In this document: one piece after another, positions 47,115 through 59,679 of the stretch
How positions within the stretch are numbered: position 1 is the first letter of the stretch
Layout of the letters: the number at the start of each line of letters is the position of its first letter
Assembly: GCF_902713615.1 (NCBI RefSeq)
Contig: NC_052160.1
Location: 28,107,379-28,171,378, forward strand
Length of the DNA: 64,000 nt
Reading direction: 5' to 3'
Source of the DNA: Scyliorhinus canicula
Lineage: Eukaryota
Program-made: the position numbers and the translations under genes
The notes under the pieces: generated by a model
The model's database searches: none
Told to the model about the DNA's origin: nothing
The model's input: the letters and a program-made list of their open reading frames with translations, nothing else

Positions 47115-49320
47115 CTGGTAGACTTCCTCTGACGGCATGTAGGAGCAGGTCGGACATTGGATGGTTCCTGCTCAAGACGTTATTTTTTAGAATTTAATGC
47201 CTGGTACCTGGGGCAATTTTTGGTTAAATAAGTGCAGGAAGACATAAGGAAGAAAGATGTCCAAAGCCCAAAGGAAAGCCGCTGTGAAGAAGGGGGCGGG
47301 TGAAGGTTCACTGTCGAGTGGAAGGGTCGGCTCAGCAACTGGAAGGATGGCGGAGGCTGGGTATAGAACATAGAATTTACAGTGCAGAAGGAGGCCATTC
47401 GGCCCATCGAGCCTGCACCAGCCCTTGGAAAGAGCACCCCTCTTAAGCCCACAACTCCATCCCATACCCGTAACCCAGTTGGAGGTGATGAGGAAGGAGA
47501 TGATGGCAGCATTGAAGGTTCTGGTGGAGGAGGCGATTGCCCGGTGAAGGCATTGGTCGAGGTGCAGGAGCAGGGTGAGAATCTGAAGGGAGTGAAAGAG
47601 ACCTTGTCGCAACACAGTGATCAACTCACCTCGATGGGTGAGGAGCTGCAGAGGGTGGTGGAGCCAAAGTGGAGAACCTAGAAAACAGAGCTAGGCAGCA
47701 AAAGCTGAGGATCGTGGGCCTACCCGAAAGGGTGGAGGGCCCGAGGCCAACAGAGTATTTTGTCAAGATGGTGGAGGAAGGGGAAGATCCTCCTCGGAAT
47801 GAACTGGATCGGGCTCATACGGTGTGGAGGCCTAAACCAAAGGCGAATGAGCCACCAAGAGCAGTGACTATTTGTTTCCACAGGTACCGCGTGAAGGGGA
47901 AGGTCCTGTATTGGGCAAAGCAGAAGCAGGAGGTGCAGTGGGCTGGAGCTGGTGTACGTATATACCAGGACTTTACTGTGGAGTTGGCGAGTAAGCGGGC
48001 AGCCTTCGGCCGAGTGGCAGCCTTCGGCCGAGTGGCAGCCTTCGGCCGAGTGAAGACGGCACTGTATAAAAGCAAGGTGCAGTTCGGCTAGGTTGAGGGT
48101 GACCTATAACTCCAAAGACCTTTATTTTGAGATGGTGGAAGCAGCGGAGGTGTTTGTGAAGGCAGAAGGACTGGGGCAGAAGTGAGAAATGTGACTGAGG
48201 ATTGGTCTTGGACTGAGGGTGGGTGGAGGAGTGTATGTAGCTCTATTTTTCACTACATGTTATATGTGCTAAATGAGTTGACGTTGTCTATTTGGACAAG
48301 GTAAAAGTTGGGATTTTCTTTTGCAATGATGGTTCTTTGAGGTATGTGTGTTTACACTGGGTTGTGTGTTGAAAGGGATTTCTTTGTTTTCCTGGGACCG
48401 GGCAGCGGGGAGGGGACTGTGGGGGAGTGAGGCCTGGACAGGGGTCTCCATACTGGCTAGCTCACGTTGGCTAGTGATTGGGTGTGGTGGGGGGAGGGGC
48501 TGTGATGATTGGAGACTGGTAGAACAGGTTTCGATGGGCCTAGGAAGTGTGAAAAGTTGGGGGAGAGGACCGATACTGGGTGAGGTGTTTGAGAGGAAGG
48601 ATTTTTGGGAGGGGGGAGGAGCTTGATGGTAGGAATGGGATGGTGGGCCATGCCCAGTGGGCAGGGCCTGGAGTTATGAGGGGGGTGGATAGGAGGAGGG
48701 GGAGGGGGAGGGGGGGCGAGAGACCTCTGGTTAGGATAGTTACATGGATTGTGAGGGGTTTGTTGGAGGGAGATTGTTCAGGGTCATCTCGGGAGTAGTG
48801 CTCGTGGACTTGGAACTAGGGCCCCCTAGAAGCCTTGTCCAGCTCGGGTGGCAGGGGGCTGATGTTGTTAGCCTTTGCCTTGCTGATTGCCCGGAGGCAG
48901 GTGATGTTGGGGTGGAGGTCAGCTTCTCCATCCTGTGACACGGCTTGGCGGGGGGGACCTACTTGAATTTTGTTGACTCTCGGGAAGATGAAGTCTCAGC
49001 TGAAGGGGGATGAAGGAAGGATTTCATAATTCATGGGGGCTGTTTATTATGCACTTCCGAGAATTATTTGCCATTGAACATTGGGGAGGGGTAAGAGGGG
49101 TAGGCTGTATTGCTGTTTTTGGTAACACTTTACGGATTGTTAATTTGTGGGTTTTTTTTAAAACCTGGAATGTATGGGTGGATGTTTTGGTCTGTATATT
49201 GAGTGGGGGGCGGTTTGTGTGTGGGGGATCGTTACTGTATTTGTTTTTGTTTCTTTTTCGTTGGTTGTTTAATTGATGAAAATGTAGAAAATGAGGAGCA
49301 TAAAAAGATTTTTAAAAACC
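47115..49320 (+). mobile_element. L1/Tx1-clade element: ORF1 remnant, internally deleted ORF2, and 3' end
   Basis: LENRARQQKLRIVGLPE...ELDRAH...PPRAV...RIYQDF resembles L1 ORF1p. VRIVTWIVRGL (ORF2 start) is fused directly to ORF2 C-terminal sequence. Confidence 0.85.
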
Positions 49321-51049
49321 ACTGGAAATGTTTAGCAAATCTAGCAGCATCAGGAGTGGGAGAAACAAGATTTCATGTTTCAGGTCAGTGATCTTTCGTC
49401 AGAACACCCATCATCCGTTCTGTTGAAAGGTCACAGACCTGAAGCATTAACTGTTCTCTCTCCTTGATATTGTCGGACCTGCTGAGTATTTCAAGCATCT
49501 GCAGTATTTTGCTTTTGTATCAGTGTTGTGGCTGTACTGGACCACTTGGCTAGAGATGCAGCTAAATGTAGAGCACGTCTTCACTGCTCTAATCCATGGG
49601 CAGCACGGTAGCACAGTGGGTAGCACTGTTGCTTCAGAGCTCCAGCTTGGGCCACTGTCTGTATAGAGTCCGCACGTTCTCCCTGTGTCTGTGTGGGTTT
49701 CCTCCGGGTGCTCAGGTTTCCTCCCACAAGATGTGCTGTCAGGTGAATTGAACATTCTGAATTCTCCCTCTGAACAGGTGCTGGAGTGTGGCAACTAAGG
49801 GCTTTTCACAGTAACCATTGCAGTGTTAATGTAAGCCTGCTTGTGACAAAGATTAATATTATTAATTAGGACATAATCAGGGCCCATATTTTCTGCTGTG
49901 TCCAATGCGCTCAGCTATTTCTTGATATCATGCGGAATGAATAGAATTGGTTGAAGACTGATGCTAGGGACCCTCAGGAGGCTAAGCTGGGTCATCCACT
50001 TGGCATTTCAACCTCATCTTTTGCAATGATGTGCTGGAATTTTGCCATCATTGAGGATGGAGATGTTCATAGGGCTTCCTCCTCCATCACCAGTCATGAC
50101 TGTAATGTACTACAGTATTACTAAGACACAGTGGTGATGACTGCCTGTGTGGAGTTTGTACCTTCTCCCAGTGTCTGCATGGGTTTCCTCTGGTTTTCTC
50201 CCACAGTCCAAAGATATGAAGCTTAAGTGGATTGGCATTGCTAGCTGTCTCTTTGTGTCCAGCGATGTGCAGGTCAGGTGGGGTTACGAGGATAGGGAGT
50301 GGGCTAGGTAGGGTGCTCTTGCAGAGGGATGGTGCGGACTCAATGGACCAAATGGCCTCCTTCTGTAGGGACTCTGGCAGGACTGCAGCACTTTGAAATG
50401 ATCTGTTGGCAATAAGATTGCTTAGCTGTGTATAACAAGCTGTTTTTTTTCTGTTCATACATGTAGGTCTGTGTTTTGTAGCTTTATCAGGTTGGCACCT
50501 TATTTTTTAGTTATGCCTGGTGTTGCAGTTGGCATTCTTTTCTACACTGGAGTGAGGGATAGGAGGTGAATGTGGTAGAATATAGTTTCCCCTTGCTGGA
50601 CAGTCTAGTTCTGGGGATCATCACGACTGAGATGAGGAGAGATATCTTTAGAAGGTTGTGAATCTTCACATTCTTCAACCACAGATCCGTGGATGGACAA
50701 TCTGTTAAGTATATTCAATACGGGGCAGCATGGTGGCTCAGTGGGTTAGCCCTGTAGCCTCACGGCGCCGAGGTCCCAGGTTCGATCCCGGCTCTGGGTC
50801 ACTGTCCGTGTGGAGTTTGCACATTCTACCCGTGTTTGCGTGGGTATCGCCCCCACAACCCAAGGATGTGCAGGGTAGGTGGATTGGCCACGCTAAATTG
50901 CCCCTTAAATGGAAAAAATGAATTGGGTACTCTAAATTTATTTAAAAAAAAAAGTATATTCAATACATTGTTTTGCAGGATAGAGTAGGAAATATGCTGG
51001 ATAATCAACTATGGTCATATTGAATGGTGGAGCTGGCTCCAATGGCCAC

Positions 51050-51870
51050 AGAACATAGAACAGTACAGCATCGAACAGGCCCTTCGGTGCCGAGCCTTGT
51101 CTGAAACCAAGATCAAGCTATCCCACTCCCTGTCATTCTGCAGTGCTCCATGTGCCTATCCAATAACTGCTTGAAAGTTCCTAAAGTGTCCGACTCCACT
51201 ATCACAGCAGGCAGTCCATTCCACACCCTAACCACTCTCTGAGTAAAGAACCTACCTCGGACATCCCTCCTATATCTCCCAACCCGAACCTTATAGTTAT
51301 GCCCCCTTGTAACAGCTACATCCACCTGAGGAAATAGTCTCTGAACGTCCACTCTATCTACCCCCTCATCATCTTATAAACCTCTATTAGGTCACTTCTC
51401 ATCCTCCTCCACTACAAAGAAAAAAGCCCTAGCTCCCTCAACCATAAGACCTATCCTGCAAACTAGGCAGCATCCTGGTAAATCTCCTTTGCACCCTTTC
51501 CAATGCTTCCACATCCTTCCTATAGTGAGGTGACCAGAACTGCACACAATACTCCAAATGTGGTCTCACCAGGGTCATGTACAGTTGCAGCATAACCCTA
51601 GGGCTCTTGAACTCAAGCCCCCTGTTAATAAAAGCTGACACAATATAGGCTTTCTTCACGACTCTATCCACTTGAGTGGCAACCTTCAGAGATCTGTGGA
51701 CATGAACCCCATGATCTCCCTCTGTTCCTCCGCATTCCTCAGAACCTTGCCGTTGACCCTGTAATCCGCATTCAAATTTTTCCGACCAAAATGAATCACC
51801 TTGCACTTATCAAAGTTAAACTCCATCTGCCATTTTTCGGCCCAGCTCTGCATCCTATCAATGTCTCTTT
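51050..51870 (-). mobile_element. CR1 LINE 3' fragment
   Basis: [32 protein letters not shown]; tail ctgtactgttctatgttct. Confidence 0.92.
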
Positions 51871-52247
51871 GGCCATCACCTACTACTTCTTATGTTCCTA
51901 ATCTCAGGGACAATGGCCAGCGAGAGGGAAGGGGCGAAAGAGATTGAACAGTGGGGAATAAAAATGTGTCTGCTCGTGGTCTGTCATTTCTACCAAAACT
52001 GTTTTAAACAAACATTTGACTTTTTTATGAATTCCAGAAACAGAATCTTCAATACCAATGAGATGAATACTGAAACGTTGTCCTTGCTGCACTTTCCTGG
52101 CAGGAGATGCCCGGTGGGTGGGACCTGCTGATTTTGACCCTACTGAAGTTCCAGCCGATATCAAACCCCTTCCTCTTGTCTCTGGTACAAGTGATTCTGA
52201 GAGGGTTTCCAGGGTTGAAGGTTCACTTTCTCCCTATCCCACCCTAC

Positions 52248-52360
52248 CTGCTTATGTGAACACACAAGTCTCCTCTCACGGTTCCTGGGCGAGCCGCTGC
52301 AGGATTGGTATCACCCACCATCGTGCGGGACACACTCACTACATCACAACCTTGCCAAAC
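52248..52360 (-). CDS. NME4: NME4 exon 4 (113 nt), VWQGCDVVSVSRTMVGDTNPAAARPGTVRGDLCVHISR
   Basis: Acceptor tttacag, donor gtaggg. Contains the Kpn loop; VHISR as in human NME4. Confidence 0.95.
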
Positions 52361-52747
52361 CTGTAAAACAAGAGACTTAAGGAGATGGCCGAGCAGGCAA
52401 GCAGATGAAAATAAAGCTTTAAAATCAGCCACGCAAACAAATGGTGAAAGAAGTTTCAACTCTGAAGAACAGACAAATAAATGCAAGAATAACTTTGCCA
52501 CTTTCACCACGCTGTTGCAACAAATAAAAGTGAATCCTGCGATATCCAATCAACAGGAGGCACTCTTTATGGTGGCCCCACCCTCACATCTTTGCTGCCA
52601 AAGTTGGCAGCCATTGAATTATCTTCAGGGTAAATGCTGACAGCTCAAAAAGAGCTTCCGTGACAAAGATTTTAACTCCCTTTAATCATTTGTTTTTTTT
52701 TTCCCACCTTTAATCATTTGAACCAATGCTTCATTGCCGTTTCTTAC

Positions 52748-52849
52748 CATAACAACGATGGGTCCCGAGCTCATGTACTGAATCAGTGCAGAATAGAAAG
52801 GTTTCTCCTGCAGATCGTGATAATGCTCCGAAAGAACATCTCGAGAGGG
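52748..52849 (-). CDS. NME4: NME4 exon 3 (102 nt), [34 protein letters not shown]
   Basis: Not in the ORF track. Acceptor tttcag, donor gtaaga, phase 0/0. Confidence 0.95.
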
Positions 52850-54049
52850 CTGAAACACAATATCCGGGTGGGTTAGTAAAGCTCACTATCAGCCGACCTC
52901 ACACACCCTTTTTTTAAAAACTGGTCAGATTTTATAAGTGAACTACTCCAGCTGCTTAGCCTCTTTCCCTCTCTTGAACACGCACACACATTGGAAAGTG
53001 CAGCACTGCCAGCGATGTGCGAGGTGCACAAAACCGGAGAGAGTTTGCTTGCACTGCCAGAGTGAGGCAGGCTGCACTGGGAGGGTGAGGCATGGCCAGG
53101 AGGGGGCTGAGCACCTGGGAGGGCAAGGTGCAGACAGGAGGATCCGAGGAGCACTGGGAAGGCGAGGCACAGTCATCTTTGGTTCAGATATTCAAACAAG
53201 GCCCCCATTTGCTCTGAAGATGTAAAATATCCCGCAGCACTAAAGGGGTTCTTCCAACCTCCTGGTCAATATTCCTCCCTCAACCAACAGTTTGAGACTT
53301 CAATTTTTGTTCTTATTCTCTCACAGGATGTGTGTGGCAATGGCTAGGCCGGCATTTCTTGCATATCCCTAATTGCCCTTGAGAAGGTGGTGGCGAGCTG
53401 ACTTTTGAAATGCTACAGCTCATGTGGTGCAGATCTGTCCTCCTGCACTCGGCCAGCTCAGTCAGTAGTCATGCTACAAGCAAGTCTTGGTGATGGACGT
53501 TGAAGTCCCCCACCCAGAATGCACACTGTGCCCTTGCCTTCTTCAACATGGAGTACCACCAATTCATCAGCTGAGTGGAGGGTGGTAATCAGAAGAGATT
53601 TCCATGCCCATGTTTGACCTGATGCCAGAGAACTTCATGGCACCCAGAATCAATGTTGAGGATTCCTGGGACAACTCCCTCTTTACTGTATACCACTGTG
53701 CCCCCAACTCTGCTGGGTCTGTCCTGCCAGTGAGACAGGACATACCTTATTGCCAATGTCCCAGACACCATCATCCTTGGGTATGATTCAGGTTGTTGCT
53801 TGGCTAATCAGGAGACAGATCTCCCAATTTCAGTACAACCCCCCCCCACCCCAAATATTGGCAAGGAGGACTTTGCAGGGTTGACCGGGATGAGTGTGGT
53901 AAATTTTGATGCCCAAGTTGATGCTGGGTGGTCTGTCCACATTTATTTTCTTTTGATTTTTCTGCAGCAGTTTGGTACAACTGAGTGGTTTGCTAAGCCA
54001 TTTCAGAGAGCAGTTAAAAGCCAACCACATGGCTGTGGGTCTGGACTCG

Positions 54050-55960
54050 GATATACAAGTATTTTTCTTCAGTATTTACAAACGAGAGGGGCCATATTGT
54101 TGGAGAGGACAGTGTGAAACAGACTGATAAGCTCGAGGAGATACTTGTTCGGAAGGAAGATGTGTTGGGCGTTTTGAAAAACTTGAGGATAGACAAGTCC
54201 CCCGGGCCTGACGGGATATATCCAAGGATTCTATGGGAAGCAAGAAATGAAATTGCAGAGCCGTTGGCAATGATCTTTTCGCCCTCGCTGTCAACAGGGG
54301 TGGTACCAGAGGATTGGAGTGGCGAATGTCGTGCCCCTGTTCAAAAAAGGGAATAGGGATAACCCTGGGAATTACAGGCCAGTTAGTCTTACTTCGGTGG
54401 TAGACAAAGTAATGGAAAGGGTACTGAGGGATAGGATTTCTGAGCATCTGGAAAGACATTGCTTGATTAGGGATAGTCAGCACGGATTTGTGAGGGGTAG
54501 GTCTTGCCTTACAAGTCTTATTGACTTCTTTGAGGAGGTGACCAAGCATGTGGATGAAGGTAAAGCAGTGGATGTAGTGTACATGGATTTTAGTAAGGCA
54601 TTTGATAAGGTTCCCCATTGTAGGCTTGTGCAGAAAGTAAGGAGGCATGGGACAGTGGGAAATTTGGCCAGTTGGATAACAAACTGGCTAACCGATAGAA
54701 GACAGAGAGTGGTGGTGGATGGCAAATATTCAGCCTGGAGCCCAGTTACCAGTGGCGTACCGCAGGGATCAGTTCTAGGTCCTCTGCTGTTTGTGATTTT
54801 CATTAACGACTTGGATGAGGGAGTTGAAGGGTGGGTCAGTAAATTTGCAGATGATACGAAGATTGGTGGAGTTGTGGATAGTGAGGAGGGCTGTTGTCTG
54901 CTTCAAAGAGACATAGATAGGATGCAGAGCTGGGCTGAGAAGTGGCAGATGGAGTTTAACCCTGACAAGTGTGAGGTTGTCCATTTTGAAAGGACAAATA
55001 TGAATGCGGAATACAGGGTTAACGGTAGGGTTCTTGGCAATGTGGAGGAGCAGAGAGATCTTGGGGTCTATGTTCACAGATCTTTGAAAGTTGCCACTCA
55101 AGTGGATAGAGCTGTGAAGAAGGCCTATGGTGTGCTAGCGTTCATTAGCAGAGGGATTGAATTTAAGAGCCGTGAGGTGATGATGCAGCTGTACAAAACC
55201 TTGGTCAGGCCACATTTGGAGTACTGTGTGCAGTTCTGGTCGCCTCATTTTAGGAAGGATGTGGAAGCTTTGGAAAAGGTGCAAAGGAGATTTACCAGGA
55301 TGTTGCCTGGAATGGAGAGTAGGTCTTACGAGGAAAGGTTGAGGGTACTAGGCCTTTTCTCATTAGAACGGAGAAGGATGAGGGGCGACTTGATAGAGGT
55401 TTATAAGATGATCAGGGGAATAGATAGAGTAGACAGTCAGAGACTATTTCCCCGGGTGGAACAAACCATTACAAGGTGACATAAATTTAAGGTGAATGGT
55501 GGTGGATGATATAGGGGGGATGTCAGAGGTAGGTTCTTTACCCAGAGAGTAGTGGGGGCATGGAATGCACTGCCTGTGGAAGTAGTTGAGTCGGAAACAT
55601 TAGGTACCTTCAAGCGGCTATTGGATAGGTACATGGATTAGAGTAGAATAATGGAGTGTAGATTAATTTCTTCTTAAGGGCAGCACGGTAGCATTGTGGT
55701 TAGCACAATTGCTTCACAGCTCCAGGGTCCCAGGTTCGATTTCGACTTGGGTCACTGTCTGTGTAGAGTCTGCACATCCTCCCAGTGTGCGCGTGGGTTT
55801 CCTCCGGGTACTCGTTTCCTCCCACAGTCCAAAGATGTGCAGGTTGGGTGGATTGGCCATGATAAATTGCCCTTAGTGTCCAAAATTCTATGATTAACCT
55901 AGGACAAAGGTTCGGCACAACATCGTTGGCCGAAGGGCCTGTTCTGTGCTGTATTTCTCT
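54050..55960 (+). mobile_element. Young CR1 LINE (RT ORF 54319-55479) with a SINE head embedded in its 3' UTR (55678-55880)
   Basis: Full set of RT motifs; one frameshift near 54318 and one premature stop at 55477; CR1 tail at about 55910-55960. Confidence 0.93.
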
Positions 55961-56602
55961 AAAATACACCAGACCAGACCAGGCGATCCAATTGTGGCTT
56001 TCAAAAAAGAAATCGATAATCTGAGGAGGAAATATGTGCAAGGCTATGGAAAAAGGTTTTGGAGTGGCACTGGCTGAATTGCTCAGAGTACTGACACAGA
56101 TTTCCTTCCTGAAAAGGCATTAAATTAACCAGGTGGGCTTTATCTGCAATTGACAATGCCATCATTAATAGGACACTATCAATTCCAGCTTTTTATTAAT
56201 TCAATTTAAATTCCACCAGTTGCTGTAGCGGGATCCCAGGGAATTAGCCTAGGGCCATTGGGTTACTAGTTCAGGGTATTGCCACTACACTGCGGCCTCC
56301 CCATAATGCGTGGCTTTCCTCCGGGTGCTCCAGTTTCCTCCCACGGTCCAAAGATGTGCAGGTTCGGTGGATTGGCCATGATAAATTGCCCTTATTGTTC
56401 AAAAAGGTAGGGTGGGGTTACTGGGAAGGTGGGGCTTAGGTAGGGTGCTCTTTCCAAGGGCCGGTGCAGACTCGATGGGCCAATGGCCTCCTTCTGCATT
56501 GTAAATTCTATGAAAAAAGCCTTTCACGGGAACAGGAGATAGAACTTTTGCAAAAGCAAGATTCCTAGGAATGGGGGGGGGGGGGACGGGACCTTGCTGT
56601 AC

Positions 56603-56733
56603 CTGCACAAGTTTCAGCCCAACAAGCTGGAATCCCCTCTTCTCAAAGCGTTGGATGATTTCTCCCACAAGCTGCCTCTGGACTCCATCTGGTTTCACAG
56701 CCACCAGCGTTTGCTGACGAATCCCAGCAATCC
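56603..56733 (-). CDS. NME4: NME4 exon 2 (131 nt), [43 protein letters not shown]
   Basis: Acceptor atcccag, donor gtacag; [12 protein letters not shown] as in NME4. Confidence 0.95.
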
Positions 56734-59679
56734 CTGGGATTGGAAAAGGTTATAAGTTTACACTTTAAATAGTTTTCCGAGTGGCCTTCTTGGGAGGGAA
56801 TTCTTAGCTATATAACTATAAAGAACATACAATCACAACAAGAAGTTTGTTAGGAGAGAATTTGAGATGTTTTATTCCATTATATTATTTTGTTACAGTT
56901 GCTATGTAAATATTTGTTGTTGTGGAGTGTTGAAGGTCATGGATCCAAAGCAGCCTTGACCCAACAGAATGGGAGAACATGTTCATGGGTGCTGAATAGC
57001 CTCCTGCTGCGTTACTCAATGGCAGTGCATAATCTTCTTTAACAATGGTTCAAACACTGAACTCAATGAGCAAACAAGGTAAGTAAAGACACCATAGTCT
57101 CAGATGACCATAGGCTGCTTTCCCCTTTGAGGGAGAGAGCTTTGAGGGCCAGGCCTTCATGAATAACCTCAGCCGGTACGGGAATTGAACCCGCGCTGTT
57201 GGCCTTGCTCTGCATCACAAACCAGCTGTCCAGCCAACTGAGCTAAACCAGCCCCTCTGGCATGATGCCCCTGTCAACAGCACCATGCATGGACAGGTCC
57301 CCAAAGAAACACTATTGTGAGACTGATCAGCTCAATCACTTTCTAACTTGAAATCCCAGGTACAAGGCTATCCTGGAAGGAGAAGGGTCTGTTAGCTGAA
57401 TGTCACAACGCTTTGGGATGCAGAGGCCCATCAGAACCCATCTGTCCTCTTACTCCAAAACTTGTCCAATAGAAATTATTGACTAACACAGGTGTTGCTA
57501 AGCACTGGTTTCGCACACAACTAAATCTATAATTGTCTATTTATAAATCTGTCACAAGCCAGTAAGCTAGATTAAGTGCTGCGCAAACAGTGCAATCAAT
57601 TCATGTCAAGCCACAGCAGTAAATGCGACCTCAATGTGAATTGCTCGTGCTGAAGGGCAGTTGGTGTTGTTTATTTAACTGATCAGATGGTTTGGATGCA
57701 GAGCAAGCTCTGATTTTAGGTTGCCAACTACAGCATTTAAAATAAAAATTGTCAGAATGTGAGCATCACTAGCCTGACCAACTTTTATTGACCATCCCTA
57801 GATATCCTTGAAAAGGTGGCACCTTTCTTCGAGAACCACTGCAGTCCATATGTTGAAGGTGCTCCAACAGTGCTATTTGGGAGGCAGTACTTGCATTTTG
57901 ACCCGGCAACCATAAAGAAACGGTGGTATAGTTCCAAGTCGGGACGGTGTGCGACTTGGAGGCAGTGCTGTTGCCATATACCCAGTTGTACCTGGCTGTA
58001 GATGGTGCAGGTCACAGGTTTGCAAGCTGCTACAAATCGCAATGGTATCTTTTGAAAGAGTGTTCTTGATGTATGTAGCTGAAAAGGTTTGCCTGCAAGC
58101 TGAGATGTGGGAGCTGCAGATAGAAATGTATCTGTGTGAACTTGATGGAGTTGGAACATTCATTGATCCGCCAGTGTTTGTTACATTGAAACATTGGCTG
58201 CAAACTTGAAACAAAAGGTAAGAGGCAAGGTAAAGAACCCCACGATCTTAGTTTTATGTTTGTTGCATCACATCAATTGTGAGGTTGGAGTAAAGCCAAT
58301 AAAAAAATAAACCATTGCAATATCCAACAGATTCACTGACCAAATGAAGTAGTGATGCAACAGTTCTGGGTTGACATTCGCCACAATATTCAGATAATAT
58401 AACAGTTACAGTAACTGTCACAGTAACTTATCAATACACCAGGTTAATTAACCAAAAGTGATATGATACCATAGTGGCTATGTTACTAAATTAGCAACTA
58501 GACACCAGGATGATTATTAACCTGGAGATCGGAGTTCGAATAGCAGCTGGGAAATGTAAAATTCAATTATATAAATCTAGAATAAAGCAATAGTATCAGT
58601 AATGGTGATCATTAAACTACCATTTTGTAAACACCCATATGATTGAATAGGAGGGCGGCACTGTGGTTAGCACTGCTGCCTCACGGCGCCGAGGCCCCAG
58701 GTTCGATCCCGGCCCACTGTCCATGTGGAGTGTGCACCTTCTCTCCATGTCTGCGTGAGTCTCACCCCTCACAACCGAAAGGTGTGCAGGGTAGATGAAT
58801 TGGCCACGCTAAAATTGCCCATTAAAAAACAATGGTTGACTAGTGTTTTTTAGGGAAGGAAATCTGCTGCTGTTTCATGTTATGGCCCATATGCGAGTCC
58901 AGACCCACAGAAATCCACTTCGCACTTAACCACTCTGAAATTACGTAGCAAGCCACTTAGTTGTATTCGAGACGATAGATCGTGATCACCTGTCAGATGA
59001 CTAGGGTAGGCATCCAATGAATGAAAAAAGGAACAAAATTAGGGCTGAAGATGAAGGCGTTGTGCCAATTCAATGGTTTAGATCCTATCTTAGGGTCAAC
59101 TGTGCACTGCTTGTATTAACTTGATGCAGTCGCAAAGGTTGAACAGATGTTGCAAACTTACTGGTTACTGTCTGCCAGTCTTGCAACTCTCATAGGCCCT
59201 GCCGCTCACTAACCTTCCCCTTGCATGGCCAGGTTCCTAAAATATTTAACTCGTATACCACTTTCCTCAGAGGGTGACCAAATATTCAACCTGAAAAATA
59301 AAGCGCACTCTAGGTGGGAATGTGTGATGTGCGAAACATGCAAAGCAGCTACAAGAGGATTTGGAAAGACCAGTGAGTGGAAAAGACTGGAATAGTGGGA
59401 GGTTTCCACTTTGGCAGGAGGACCAGACGCTCAAAAGTATTTCTTAAATGGAAAGAAATTAGAAAATGTAGATGTACAAAAGGGCCTTGGTGTCCTCATC
59501 AATAAGTCACTGAAGGCTAGCATGCAGGTGAAACAGGCAATTAGGAAGGGTAATGGCCTTTATGAGAAGAGGATTTGAGTGCAGGAGCAGTGAAGTTTTG
59601 CTTCAATTGTATGAAACCTGGAGTAGTGTGTGCGGTTTTGGTCCTTTACCGTAGGACGGTTAATATTGCCAGGGAATGC

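Noticed and set aside
56603-56733. Assignment of the NDP kinase to NME3 or NME1/2
   Set aside because: [19 protein letters not shown] and a basic presequence-like exon 1 fit NME4 better.
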